Assembly: GCA_016839805.1 (NCBI GenBank) | Contig: JAEOTO010000031.1 | Span: forward strand, 168,322 to 232,321 | From: Candidatus Hermodarchaeota archaeon | GTDB lineage: Archaea > Asgardarchaeota > Hermodarchaeia > Hermodarchaeales > Hermodarchaeaceae | Direction of reading: 5' to 3' | DNA length: 64,000 bases | In this document: positions 1 through 8,994 of the stretch, piece by piece | How positions within the stretch are numbered: the stretch's first letter is position 1 | How the letters are laid out: each line of letters opens with the position of its first letter | Program-made: the position numbers and the translations under genes | The notes under the pieces: model-generated | Told to the model about the DNA's origin: nothing | Databases searched by the model: none | Seen by the model: the letters and a program-made list of their open reading frames with translations, nothing else

Positions 1-855
1 AACTCCTGCAGGCTCGAGTATACGTCGTTCATTTTCTAGTGTCCAACGAATGGCATCTTGCAATCCCCGTTCTTCCACTAATACAACATCGTCTACGTAT
101 CGTAAGCCAATATCAAGATTCAATTGCTCCGTATTGCCTGCGAGCCCATCAGCGATAGTGGGTTCAACAGGCACGTGAAAAAGCCGACCTACTCGATAAT
201 TCTGGTAAAAAGCACGAGTGGCAGTTGTCTGAACTCCAATCACTTGAATCTCGGGATTAATAGTTTTAACCCATAATGCGACCCCTGAGATAAGTCCACC
301 TCCACCGATTGGGACAATTACAACATTCGTTTCAGGAGAATCCTCAAGAACTTCATAACCAACTGTACCCTGACCAGCTATGACTAGGGGATCAGCATAA
401 GCATGAATAATAGTGGCATTCTTCTTTTTAGCAAACTTTGCACTATGAGTTGCTGCTTCATCATAGTTAGCACCCTTTTCAATAATTGTAGCCTCATACT
501 GTTTGATTTTATCTAGCTTCAGTGGTGATGCTTTTCGGGGAACAAAGATTGTGGCAGAAATTCCTTGTTGTTGGGCAGCATAGGCAACAGCTAGACCATG
601 GTTACCAGTGGAGGCAGTAACGACACCACGTTGGGCAGTTCCCGCTGGGAGGGAAGCTATTTTATTGTAGGCACCACGGAGTTTGAATACGCCAGTTCGT
701 TGCAGGCATTCCCATTTGATAAAAACGGGCGTTTGGGCGATAGTTTCTAATGCAGGTGAGGGCTCGAGGGGTGTTCGTACTATTTTCCCAGTTAAGCGTT
801 TTCTTGCTTGTAAAATCATTGTAGGAGTTACTGGAAAAGATGCAGAGGAAGTCAT
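1..855 (-). CDS. ilvA: PLP-dependent threonine/serine dehydratase (IlvA-like), runs off left edge
   Basis: Not in the ORF track. Manual minus-strand translation from ATG 855: MTSSASFPVTPTMILQARKRLTGKIVRTPLE...FIKWECLQRTGVFKLRGAYNKI...VVTASTGNHG...VPIGGGGLISG (PLP-lysine motif, SxGNHG, GGGGL). Confidence 0.85.
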   Translation of the reverse strand, partial: MTSSASFPVTPTMILQARKRLTGKIVRTPLEPSPALETIAQTPVFIKWECLQRTGVFKLRGAYNKIASLPAGTAQRGVVTASTGNHGLAVAYAAQQQGISATIFVPRKASPLKLDKIKQYEATIIEKGANYDEAATHSAKFAKKKNATIIHAYADPLVIAGQGTVGYEVLEDSPETNVVIVPIGGGGLISGVALWVKTINPEIQVIGVQTTATRAFYQNYRVGRLFHVPVEPTIADGLAGNTEQLNLDIGLRYVDDVVLVEERGLQDAIRWTLENERRILEPAGV

Positions 856-982
856 AATAACCAGCTCTTCTTGAGCAGGGATGTTTCATTTAGTTAGATA
901 ATGATTTCTCAGTGGGTACTATATGGTCCTGCTTGGTTGCGATTGTTTATAAGGCTGCTTTTTAGATAATGGAAGCAAGAGC

Positions 983-1450
983 GTGACACCTATGTCCGTA
1001 GATGAAGTTCAACAGAAACTCAAATGTCGACGCTGTGATCGACCACGCATCATACATCGAGTAAGCAAACCAACAGCTAACAAAGTAAAACTCTACATGT
1101 CCTGTCCCGTTCACACAGCTACCGTAGAATATTCATTACCTTTACAAAGCTATGATGAGGCAAGCGGGCTAATTCGAGAACATGTTCTTTTGTGCCGGAA
1201 ATGTGGGCAACCCGTAGATGTTGTCGGGCAAAAAGCAGGGAAATTAACCACAAAGTTAAACATCCAATGTCCTGAACACGGAAAAGGAGAACGAACTGTG
1301 AACAATTCACTCCTTGATCCTATCTTATCCGCTGTTCCAGCTCCTAAGGCTGCAACTACCCCCACTGGTAAGTTCTGCTCAAGCTGCGGTTCACCCGTTC
1401 CTGCGCCAGAAGCCCGTTTTTGTCACAATTGTGGTGCATCACTCGAATAA
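983..1450 (+). CDS. Multi zinc-ribbon protein
   Basis: Two CxxC...CPxH repeats, then C-terminal FCSSCG...ARFCHNCG double zinc ribbon. Confidence 0.75.
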   Translation: MTPMSVDEVQQKLKCRRCDRPRIIHRVSKPTANKVKLYMSCPVHTATVEYSLPLQSYDEASGLIREHVLLCRKCGQPVDVVGQKAGKLTTKLNIQCPEHGKGERTVNNSLLDPILSAVPAPKAATTPTGKFCSSCGSPVPAPEARFCHNCGASLE

Positions 1451-1503
1451 ACACAAAAATTCAATTTATATTCCGTGTTCTGACCGAACCTTAACCGATG
1501 TTG

Positions 1504-2292
1504 TTAGTGTTGTGTAACTCTGGGTGGATAGACCTTCCGTGCGGAGGTTACATAACCTGTGTGTCCGATCATCCGAGTTGCTGGCCGAGTTTTTCCTGGT
1601 CGAACGAGGATTTCTCGTTCAATAAGCTCACGGGTTACAATCTCAGTGAAATGTGATGCATACAGGGCTTCTACGGTTCGTTGTGTCTGTTCGATGGTCG
1701 GTGAAAAGGAGACAATGACACCACCACCCCGTAATGCGTTATAGGCGTGGGGGACCACATCCCAAGGTACAGCTAAATCAAGGACCACTGAATCGACATT
1801 CTTTTCTGTAATTCCTTCAAGGATATCCTGTTGTTTCACGGTTACGATTCCCTTTAATCCTGCCTTCTCAAGATTGTTTATGGCTACTTCTGCAAAGTCT
1901 TCACGAATTTCATAGGAGATTACTCCACCGTTTGGTGAAACATGATACCCGATGAGAGAGGCAAGGGCACCACTACCCGTTCCTGCCTCCACGACAGTTG
2001 ATCCTGGACCAATTCCAGCTAAGAGAAGGATCAATCCTGCATCCTTAGGATACACGATATTGGTTTGTCGTCCCATTTTGATAGCCTTGTCTCGGGGCAA
2101 GGGAGGTAAAGCTGCGATTTTGGTTCCCAGACTAGTTGTGGCAAAGCTCCCAAATTGTTGGCCAATGACCTCGTCAAAATTTAAAATCCCACGATGTAGA
2201 TGAAAGGATTTTCCTGCCTCTACCCGGAGGAGCCAGTGGCGTCGTGAATCCAAATAAAAGAGAACTTGATCGCCATCACAAATTTTGGTCAT
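1504..2292 (-). CDS. trmI: tRNA (adenine-N1)-methyltransferase TrmI
   Basis: RQTNIVYPKD, EAGTGSG, LDLAVPW, SFSPTIEQ, RPATRMIGHTGY motifs. Confidence 0.93.
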   Translation of the reverse strand: MTKICDGDQVLFYLDSRRHWLLRVEAGKSFHLHRGILNFDEVIGQQFGSFATTSLGTKIAALPPLPRDKAIKMGRQTNIVYPKDAGLILLLAGIGPGSTVVEAGTGSGALASLIGYHVSPNGGVISYEIREDFAEVAINNLEKAGLKGIVTVKQQDILEGITEKNVDSVVLDLAVPWDVVPHAYNALRGGGVIVSFSPTIEQTQRTVEALYASHFTEIVTRELIEREILVRPGKTRPATRMIGHTGYVTSARKVYPPRVTQH

Positions 2293-2408
2293 AGTACCTT
2301 CACCAGTTTGCCTAGTTCAACGTCCCTTTTCAGCCTTCTGCAAGAAAAAGGAAGTTACATTCAACAGAACCCCAAGGCTCAAATTTTACCTCCACCTAAA
2401 GATCTTAG

Positions 2409-3464
2409 ATGTCTAAGTCTAAACTAGAACCCAGTCCATGCATTCGTCCTGCACTTCAAAATGAAAAAATCGATTTAGACACGGTGCAATGCGGAGTCTG
2501 TGAACGCCACTGTAAGATCTCTCCCCAGCAACGTGGTTATTGCGGTGCACGAGAAAACATGAATGGCGAGTTGTTTGTACTCACCTATGGGGATATTAGT
2601 TCCATTAGTGCGAATCCCATTGAAAAGAAACCATTCTTCCATTTTCATCCAGGTACACGAGCTCTTACTATTGGAAGTTGGGGATGTAATTTTGCTTGTC
2701 CTTGGTGTCAAAACTGGAGTATTAGCAAACGTAAAGCCAATCCAAAAGAATGCAATTACCTGTCCCCTGTGCAATTCATTAATGAGATCCAACGCAGAAA
2801 CTGCCAAGGCACAAGTTTCTCCTTCAATGAGCCCACGACCGTCTTCTTTGAATACGCACTGGATGTTATGCCACTTGCGCACAAGTTTGGTTACTACAAC
2901 ACTTTTGTCTCCAATGGGTATATGACACCGAGCACCCTGCAACGATTAGCCGAAGCTGGACTCGATGCCATAAACATCGATATCAAAGGCTGTCGATTGC
3001 CCATTCAGAAATTTTGTCAAATCGACATCGAGAAAGTATGGAATAGTGCCCGACTCGCCAAAGAACTTGGAATTTGGGTTGAGATTACAACGTTAGTAAT
3101 CCCTGGGGTCAATGATTCCACGCAATGCCTTTCACGCATAGCGCATCGTATCCACGATGAACTTGCTGCAGATGTGCCCTGGCATATAAGTGCCTTCCAT
3201 CCCGCCTACAAAGCCTCTCAATTAGGATTAACAACACCTACTCCCACCACAACTCTAGAGCATGCACATTCGCTAGGACGAAAGGCAGGACTGAAATACG
3301 TCTACCTGGGAAATGTTCCCAATCACCGAGCCGAAAATAGTTATTGCCGGAAATGTGGGACACTCCTCATTCAACGACGAGTCTATAACATTTCCCTCGC
3401 CCAACTTGACAAAAAGGGACAGTGTATGGACTGTGGCACATTCAATCATTTCATTTTCTCTTAG
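2409..3464 (+). CDS. amrS: AmmeMemoRadiSam-system radical SAM enzyme
   Basis: N-terminal CxxCxxxC, NPIEKKPFFHFHPG, GCNFACPWCQNW, VEITTLVIPG, YVYLGNVP, C-terminal CxxC. Confidence 0.88.
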   Translation: MSKSKLEPSPCIRPALQNEKIDLDTVQCGVCERHCKISPQQRGYCGARENMNGELFVLTYGDISSISANPIEKKPFFHFHPGTRALTIGSWGCNFACPWCQNWSISKRKANPKECNYLSPVQFINEIQRRNCQGTSFSFNEPTTVFFEYALDVMPLAHKFGYYNTFVSNGYMTPSTLQRLAEAGLDAINIDIKGCRLPIQKFCQIDIEKVWNSARLAKELGIWVEITTLVIPGVNDSTQCLSRIAHRIHDELAADVPWHISAFHPAYKASQLGLTTPTPTTTLEHAHSLGRKAGLKYVYLGNVPNHRAENSYCRKCGTLLIQRRVYNISLAQLDKKGQCMDCGTFNHFIFS

Positions 3465-3541
3465 GAGCGCATAAGACACTGGATTTGAGAGGAAACGCTT
3501 AAGGGCACTCTTGATATTGTCGATAGTAAGGAGGAAGAAGT

Positions 3542-4537
3542 GTGGAAGCTGTACAGCCTAAAGAAACCATGACAGCATTAAAGTGCCAATCCTGCAACGC
3601 TCCTCTCACCGTTAGCCCTGATGATGTTGTAATCGTTTGTGGTTTTTGTGGTTACACATCAACTATCGAGGGTGAGAAAATTGAGAATCATTTCGTCTTG
3701 GAACCAACGATAGATAGTGCAGACGTTCGAGAGAAAATCACTAATTGGGTGGGTCGGGGTGGAAAAGCCCAAGTGACCGAAGCGATCCTGCGATTCGTTC
3801 CCTTCTGGGTCGAGTCAATGCACGCCTATACACATTATGAAGGATACAAAAAACACACCGAAACCGAATATTACACCGACTCTCAAGGTAAACGTCGTTC
3901 CCGCACCAAAATCGAATATGAACCGATTACCGGGGACTTTAATGAAAATCGTTCAGTTAACGTACTTTGCCGACGGGGCGCCACCTTCTATAGCCAAGAT
4001 GAGCTGGATAAGGCACTTCACGTGACTAAGAGGGAAATAAAGCCCTTTGATTATAACACAATTACTGCGGTTGAATCAAAACCCCTCTTCTTGAACAGCG
4101 AACTCACCGATGGAGACGCATATGAAATCGCTGAAACCTTCATTGAACAAGAACATCGTAGTCGCGCTGATTCGAAAGCAACAGAGATTTGGGATTGCCA
4201 TAGCCGGATTGAAAAGACCGGTTCTTACTTGCTACATATCCCACATTGGCTTGTTCGCTACCAATTCGGTACCGAAACCTATCGGGTTGGCGTCGATGGA
4301 CACACGAAAAAAGTTCTGAAAGGCGAAGTCCCTGTATCATCAGCTTTTCGTGGGGCAATGTATTTCATCAGCATTCTCTTTCTACTCATCGGAACAGTTG
4401 GCACCTATTTCATCGCGCAAATACTACAACCATATGATCTGACGTTTCTGTCACTAGCTATGGTTGTTGTGAGTCTAGCAGTTGCAGTTGTGGCGACTAA
4501 CCAAACCTTCAAAATCAGTTCAGAGAAAGGCGACTGA
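3542..4537 (+). CDS. Zn-ribbon membrane protein (YdjG-like), paralog 1
   Basis: CQSCNA...CGFCG, FVPFW, HIPHW..Y, VDGHT.KV.KGEVP, two C-terminal TM helices; GGAGG SD upstream. Confidence 0.7.
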   Translation: MEAVQPKETMTALKCQSCNAPLTVSPDDVVIVCGFCGYTSTIEGEKIENHFVLEPTIDSADVREKITNWVGRGGKAQVTEAILRFVPFWVESMHAYTHYEGYKKHTETEYYTDSQGKRRSRTKIEYEPITGDFNENRSVNVLCRRGATFYSQDELDKALHVTKREIKPFDYNTITAVESKPLFLNSELTDGDAYEIAETFIEQEHRSRADSKATEIWDCHSRIEKTGSYLLHIPHWLVRYQFGTETYRVGVDGHTKKVLKGEVPVSSAFRGAMYFISILFLLIGTVGTYFIAQILQPYDLTFLSLAMVVVSLAVAVVATNQTFKISSEKGD

Positions 4538-4557
4538 AAAGAGAGAACGGAAATAAG

Positions 4558-5571
4558 GTGAAAAAAATGGCTAAGAAACACTGTCCAAATTGCGGGGGAG
4601 AACTTAACGTTCATCCCTCTGATGCAATTATTACCTGTTCATATTGCGGAACGTCCTTCACACCTGAAGGCTCAGAGATGAAAGAACACTACGCGCTTCA
4701 AGTCAATTACACAGAACGTGACGCCCTTGACACGCTCAAAGCCTACCTAGTTAAGGTTCCTGGTGTTGATAATGAGTTAGCTCAAAAGATTTCGCTTGCA
4801 GATCTTTCAATGACCTATTATCCCTATTGGGTGTATACAGTTCAAGGTGACGTCTCTTATCGTGGAATCGATCGGAAAGCCTCCTTCAGAGGTCAATCCG
4901 GAGGTCGATATAATAGTATTCACTGGGAATGGGTTGCTGAATCTGGGCACCAAGAGCAAACTCGCCAAATCCGCCTTTATGCTGGACCAAAGGTTCGCGG
5001 TGAAATTCAAAACTATCCTATTGCCACCAGATCCCGTCGATTCTTTAATCTTGAAGAGGCTAAAGAACATACTGCGAATGTTCTGTTTTCCAAGGTGAGT
5101 GAAGACGCTGCACGACAGCAAGCAATTGCAACTACACGAAATCTCATCTACTCCCGCATCAGTCGCGAAACTGAACGCGTCGAAGATGCTCGTGAAACCT
5201 TCAACGTCACCGATCATGCCTACATTCATGTCCCAATCTATCACATCCGCTTCAACGTTGGGGGAGGCGGAAAAGCCTATGAAGCCGCCATTGATGCGTC
5301 AAATGGTCGGGTTCTCTATTCAGAAATTCCCCGAACCACGGGATTCAAAATGAAGACTATTGGTTCAGCTATCATCTGGTTCGCTATAATGGGATTTGGA
5401 GCCATCATGACATACTTGGCATATGAGGGTTTCTCAATTCTGCCAATTCCAGGAATTGATCCACAATTCCTATTTTATGCTGGTATCGGACTCACGATAA
5501 TTCCAGCAGCTCTGGGAATTATGACACTCTTCTTGGGATTCCGAGGAGTCACCGCTGAAAGAGCGAAGTAA
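4558..5571 (+). CDS. Zn-ribbon membrane protein (YdjG-like), paralog 2 (likely ATG 4567)
   Basis: CPNCGG...CSYCG, YYPYW, HVPIY, IDASNGRV.YSEIP, two TM helices; same architecture as upstream gene. Confidence 0.7.
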   Translation: MKKMAKKHCPNCGGELNVHPSDAIITCSYCGTSFTPEGSEMKEHYALQVNYTERDALDTLKAYLVKVPGVDNELAQKISLADLSMTYYPYWVYTVQGDVSYRGIDRKASFRGQSGGRYNSIHWEWVAESGHQEQTRQIRLYAGPKVRGEIQNYPIATRSRRFFNLEEAKEHTANVLFSKVSEDAARQQAIATTRNLIYSRISRETERVEDARETFNVTDHAYIHVPIYHIRFNVGGGGKAYEAAIDASNGRVLYSEIPRTTGFKMKTIGSAIIWFAIMGFGAIMTYLAYEGFSILPIPGIDPQFLFYAGIGLTIIPAALGIMTLFLGFRGVTAERAK

Positions 5572-5712
5572 TCTAGCAAACTGCCTGGTAATTCAGATGC
5601 GAGTTCACCATTACAAAGAGCACATATGCTAAACAATCGATTCAAGAGCAGTAGCGAGATTTTATAAGCTTTCAATCCAATGCCTAGATAGTGACCAACG
5701 AGGTGATTCCCG

Positions 5713-6258
5713 TTGGGAGATAAAGACAAACCATCTATCATGGAAAAAGTCGATGACGAACGCACTCTTACCCAGAAAATTATGAAGTTAGTTCCCGGTT
5801 GGCGGGGATATCGTATCAAAGAAGAGCGGCGCAACGCTGACCGCATCCTCCGCGATCAAATTGTTAGTCGCTTACGCCGCAGCCAAGATAAAATTGAAGA
5901 CATCCGTTCAGCAGTTGTTGATGCTGAACTTGAATCAATCTACAAGACTGTAGACTCACTCACTAGCCGTACCGAACGCCTCATCAGCCAAATCGAACAC
6001 GCTGATTATGGTTACCGACCATTCTTTGATGCCATCAAAATCAAAGAAGACGACCTTATGAACATGCTTCGATATGACACCTGGTTTGTAGACCAAGTTC
6101 AAGTCTTCGATCAGAGTTGCGATGATGTTTTGACTCTGGTTGAAGATGATTCGGATGAAGCAACAGGACATATCAAGGATCTTCGAAAAATGGTTTCGGA
6201 AATGAACCGCAAGTGGAAGGATCGCGAGCAAGTAATTATGGGCGTTGAAGTAGTCTAG
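5713..6258 (+). CDS. Conserved helical hypothetical protein
   Basis: VPGWRGY...EERRNADRILR and HADYGYRPFFD motifs; GAGGTG SD; pyrimidine tract after stop. Confidence 0.7.
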   Translation: MGDKDKPSIMEKVDDERTLTQKIMKLVPGWRGYRIKEERRNADRILRDQIVSRLRRSQDKIEDIRSAVVDAELESIYKTVDSLTSRTERLISQIEHADYGYRPFFDAIKIKEDDLMNMLRYDTWFVDQVQVFDQSCDDVLTLVEDDSDEATGHIKDLRKMVSEMNRKWKDREQVIMGVEVV

Positions 6259-6468
6259 ATTACTAGACTCTACCACGCTTCTTCGATATCCTTCCTTTTT
6301 CTCTCTTTTTCTTCCTGCTGAGTCAAGAAAAGATTATTTACCATAAATATTAGTTTCCTTTACGATCCAAGATCCTACTTTATATCTTCCCAAACTTCTA
6401 TGATAATGAACGAATGATTAAATGAGAAATCATAGTTGAAAGATTGCTACACATGAGCTGGATAACCT

Positions 6469-7746
6469 ATGTCGGGCGCAAATTCCCTGATTGATAAAAA
6501 TCTTACACGAGCTAGGCGTGTCATAAAATGGACGGCAATTGGTGTGATAGCCTTAGCAACGACATGGTTTATCATAGCTTTTCTATCCGGGAGCGTTGGA
6601 CTATTAGCCAAAGGAATTGATTCTCTCTCAGATCTCATCGCCACAGTCACAGTATTTCTTGGTTTATGGCTTGCCCAACGCGCCCCCAGCAAAAAATATC
6701 CCTACGGTTATTTTAAAGCAGAAACAATGGCAGCTCTGATTGTTGCAGTCTTTATCTTTATTACCGGATTGGGTGTGCTATGGCAAGCCGTTCAACGTAT
6801 TTTATTTCCAACTGAACTGAGTTTCATCGGTTTCGCTCTAGTGATTACCCTTGCATCAATTCCCATTATCTTTGTCATGGCTAGATACTTGAAAAAAGTT
6901 GGCAGGGAAACTGGAAGTACCGCCGTGTATAATAAGGGTCAGGAATTCCAAATTGATATTTTAGCCTCCATAGCAGTTATATTCGGATTGATCTTCGCCT
7001 TTTTTGGATTGCCATGGATTGAGTCGATTGTGGGATTCATAATTGGTCTTTTTATCTTGAGAAGCAGTTTCCAGCTGGCGCATGAATCCGTACTAATTCT
7101 CATGGATGCAGGACAAGATCCCGAACAGATTAAAGCCATTGAACAACTCGCCTTACCTATCCTAGGCGTTCTCGGCGTTCATGCTATTAAGCTACGGAGA
7201 GCAGGACCAATTTGTTTTGGAGAGATGCATCTAGAAGTCGCTGGGAAAACAACCGTTCTTCAATCACATCTCCTTGCTGAAGAAATCTCCACACGAGTGA
7301 AAGAGGCATACCCTGATGTGCTTTCATTCCTTGTTCATGTTGAACCCGTTTTACCTACCACATTTCGCGTGGCATTCCCCGTTGACAATCCGGAAGCAAC
7401 TCCGGACTCAAACCCAAACATGCACTTTGGATCAACCCCCTTTTTCATAGCCATGGATATTGACCGGCGGAAAATTGCACTTTGGGAAGTAATGCCAAAT
7501 CCCTCTGCAAAAGATAGTAAACAACGAGGGAAAAACACAGCACACCTCTTAATTGATGCCAAAGTTGAAATTGTATTTGCAGAGAAGATGGGTGAGACTC
7601 CGCTAAGCATCTTACGAAACCACCTCATACATGTTTATAAGCAAAACTCCCAAGCTAATTGCCGCAAGAACATAGAAGCATTTCTTGAAGATGAGCTTCC
7701 ACCTCTCAAAGCCAAAGAAATCACTGAAACTTCCATTAGACCATAG
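6469..7746 (+). CDS. Cation diffusion facilitator with C-terminal NifB/NifX-like domain
   Basis: DSLSD, YPYGYFKAE, six TM helices, LRRAGP...HVEP dimerisation domain, then RVAFPV...HFGSTPFF. Confidence 0.85.
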   Translation: MSGANSLIDKNLTRARRVIKWTAIGVIALATTWFIIAFLSGSVGLLAKGIDSLSDLIATVTVFLGLWLAQRAPSKKYPYGYFKAETMAALIVAVFIFITGLGVLWQAVQRILFPTELSFIGFALVITLASIPIIFVMARYLKKVGRETGSTAVYNKGQEFQIDILASIAVIFGLIFAFFGLPWIESIVGFIIGLFILRSSFQLAHESVLILMDAGQDPEQIKAIEQLALPILGVLGVHAIKLRRAGPICFGEMHLEVAGKTTVLQSHLLAEEISTRVKEAYPDVLSFLVHVEPVLPTTFRVAFPVDNPEATPDSNPNMHFGSTPFFIAMDIDRRKIALWEVMPNPSAKDSKQRGKNTAHLLIDAKVEIVFAEKMGETPLSILRNHLIHVYKQNSQANCRKNIEAFLEDELPPLKAKEITETSIRP

Positions 7747-7874
7747 ACCGTTAGTATTCTCAACAGAAAAATGAGCCATCAGAACAAAAGTCGTAAAGTT
7801 GAAAAGGCTTGGCACGAATGACATCCCAGACCTTTTATTAACTCCAGCCTGGATTTCCAGGGGGAGACAGAAAC

Positions 7875-8864
7875 ATGCCCGAAATAATTGAATGGAAGAA
7901 AATGCGCAAAGATGACCTCGTCTACAGGTGGCCTAATGACCTCGTGAAGTGGGGCAGCCAATGCCTGGTACGAGAAAACCAAGCAGCCGTCTTCTATCGT
8001 GACGGAAAAGCCCTAGACGTAATGGGCGTTGGACGCCATACACTGACCACAGCAAACGTTCCTATCCTTACTGGTATTCTTCGCCGTATTGCTGGCTTTG
8101 ACAAATCACCCTTCACTTCAGAAGTTGTCTTTCTCAACATGACCAAGTTCCAAGGTAAATTCGGAGGTAGAGGTCAAACCCGAGATCTCGCTCCCCTGAT
8201 GTTCCATGGCGAATTTTGGTTCGAAATCGACGATGCCCAAATCTTCGTTAACGAAGTCGTAGCAGGTGAAAACTATACTACCCAGGACGTCACTAACTTC
8301 ATCCGATCCAAATTCGTCGAACTTGCAATGGATGAACTTTCTGGCTATTCCCTTCAGAATGCGATGACCCGTCTTGATGAAACCAGCATGAAAACCAAAA
8401 CCCGGTTATCCGATAAGTTCGAAGAATATGGCCTAAAGTTACTCGACATGGCATTCGCTGGAATGGACACATCACCTGAATACCGTGAACGCCTCTTCTT
8501 TGCCGTCCAAGGTGTCAGTGGCCGAGAAGTACTCACCGCTGAAACCATGCGGCGAAGTGCAGAAGCCTTGGGTCAGGGTGGAGGATCCGCTGGCGCAGGA
8601 GCAGGTATCGTCCTCATCCCACAACTCGCTGAAATGATGCGGCAATCCCAGAAACCCCAAGAACAAGGTGTCACCCATGTAGCCTGTCCACACTGTGGAG
8701 CGGCAATGCCCCTAAAGGGTGGAAAACCACCGAAGTTTTGCAGCGAGTGCGGAAAGACGATTCGGAAGCAGGTGGATGAACGAAGAAAAGCCAAGCAATT
8801 CTGCCCGAATTGCGGTGCACCCGCAAAGGGTAAATTCTGCGCTGAATGCGGAGAGAAACTTTAG
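7875..8864 (+). CDS. SPFH/Band-7 protein with C-terminal double zinc ribbon (YdjI-like)
   Basis: GSQCLVRENQAAVFYRDGK, GRHTLTTANVP, PFTSEVVF, Gly-rich linker, CPHCG..FCSECG..FCPNCG..FCAECG. Confidence 0.88.
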   Translation: MPEIIEWKKMRKDDLVYRWPNDLVKWGSQCLVRENQAAVFYRDGKALDVMGVGRHTLTTANVPILTGILRRIAGFDKSPFTSEVVFLNMTKFQGKFGGRGQTRDLAPLMFHGEFWFEIDDAQIFVNEVVAGENYTTQDVTNFIRSKFVELAMDELSGYSLQNAMTRLDETSMKTKTRLSDKFEEYGLKLLDMAFAGMDTSPEYRERLFFAVQGVSGREVLTAETMRRSAEALGQGGGSAGAGAGIVLIPQLAEMMRQSQKPQEQGVTHVACPHCGAAMPLKGGKPPKFCSECGKTIRKQVDERRKAKQFCPNCGAPAKGKFCAECGEKL

Positions 8865-8875
8865 CTGTGTTGACC

Positions 8876-8912
8876 AGAGGGCGCTTTGCCCTCTCTTTCC
8901 TTTCTTTTTTAT
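8876..8912 (+). terminator. Hairpin + pyrimidine-tract terminator
   Basis: AGAGGGC-gcttt-GCCCTCT, then ctttcctttctttttt. Confidence 0.7.
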
Positions 8913-8994
8913 AGTCAACGGTAGGAAATATTTTATTCAATTTTCGTTACAAAGGCTTTTACCTGATTAACCATCTAATAGAATACAATAGGCT

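Noticed and set aside
662-889. 75-aa minus ORF and 63-aa plus ORF in the track
   Set aside because: Shadow frames of the IlvA-like gene starting at 855
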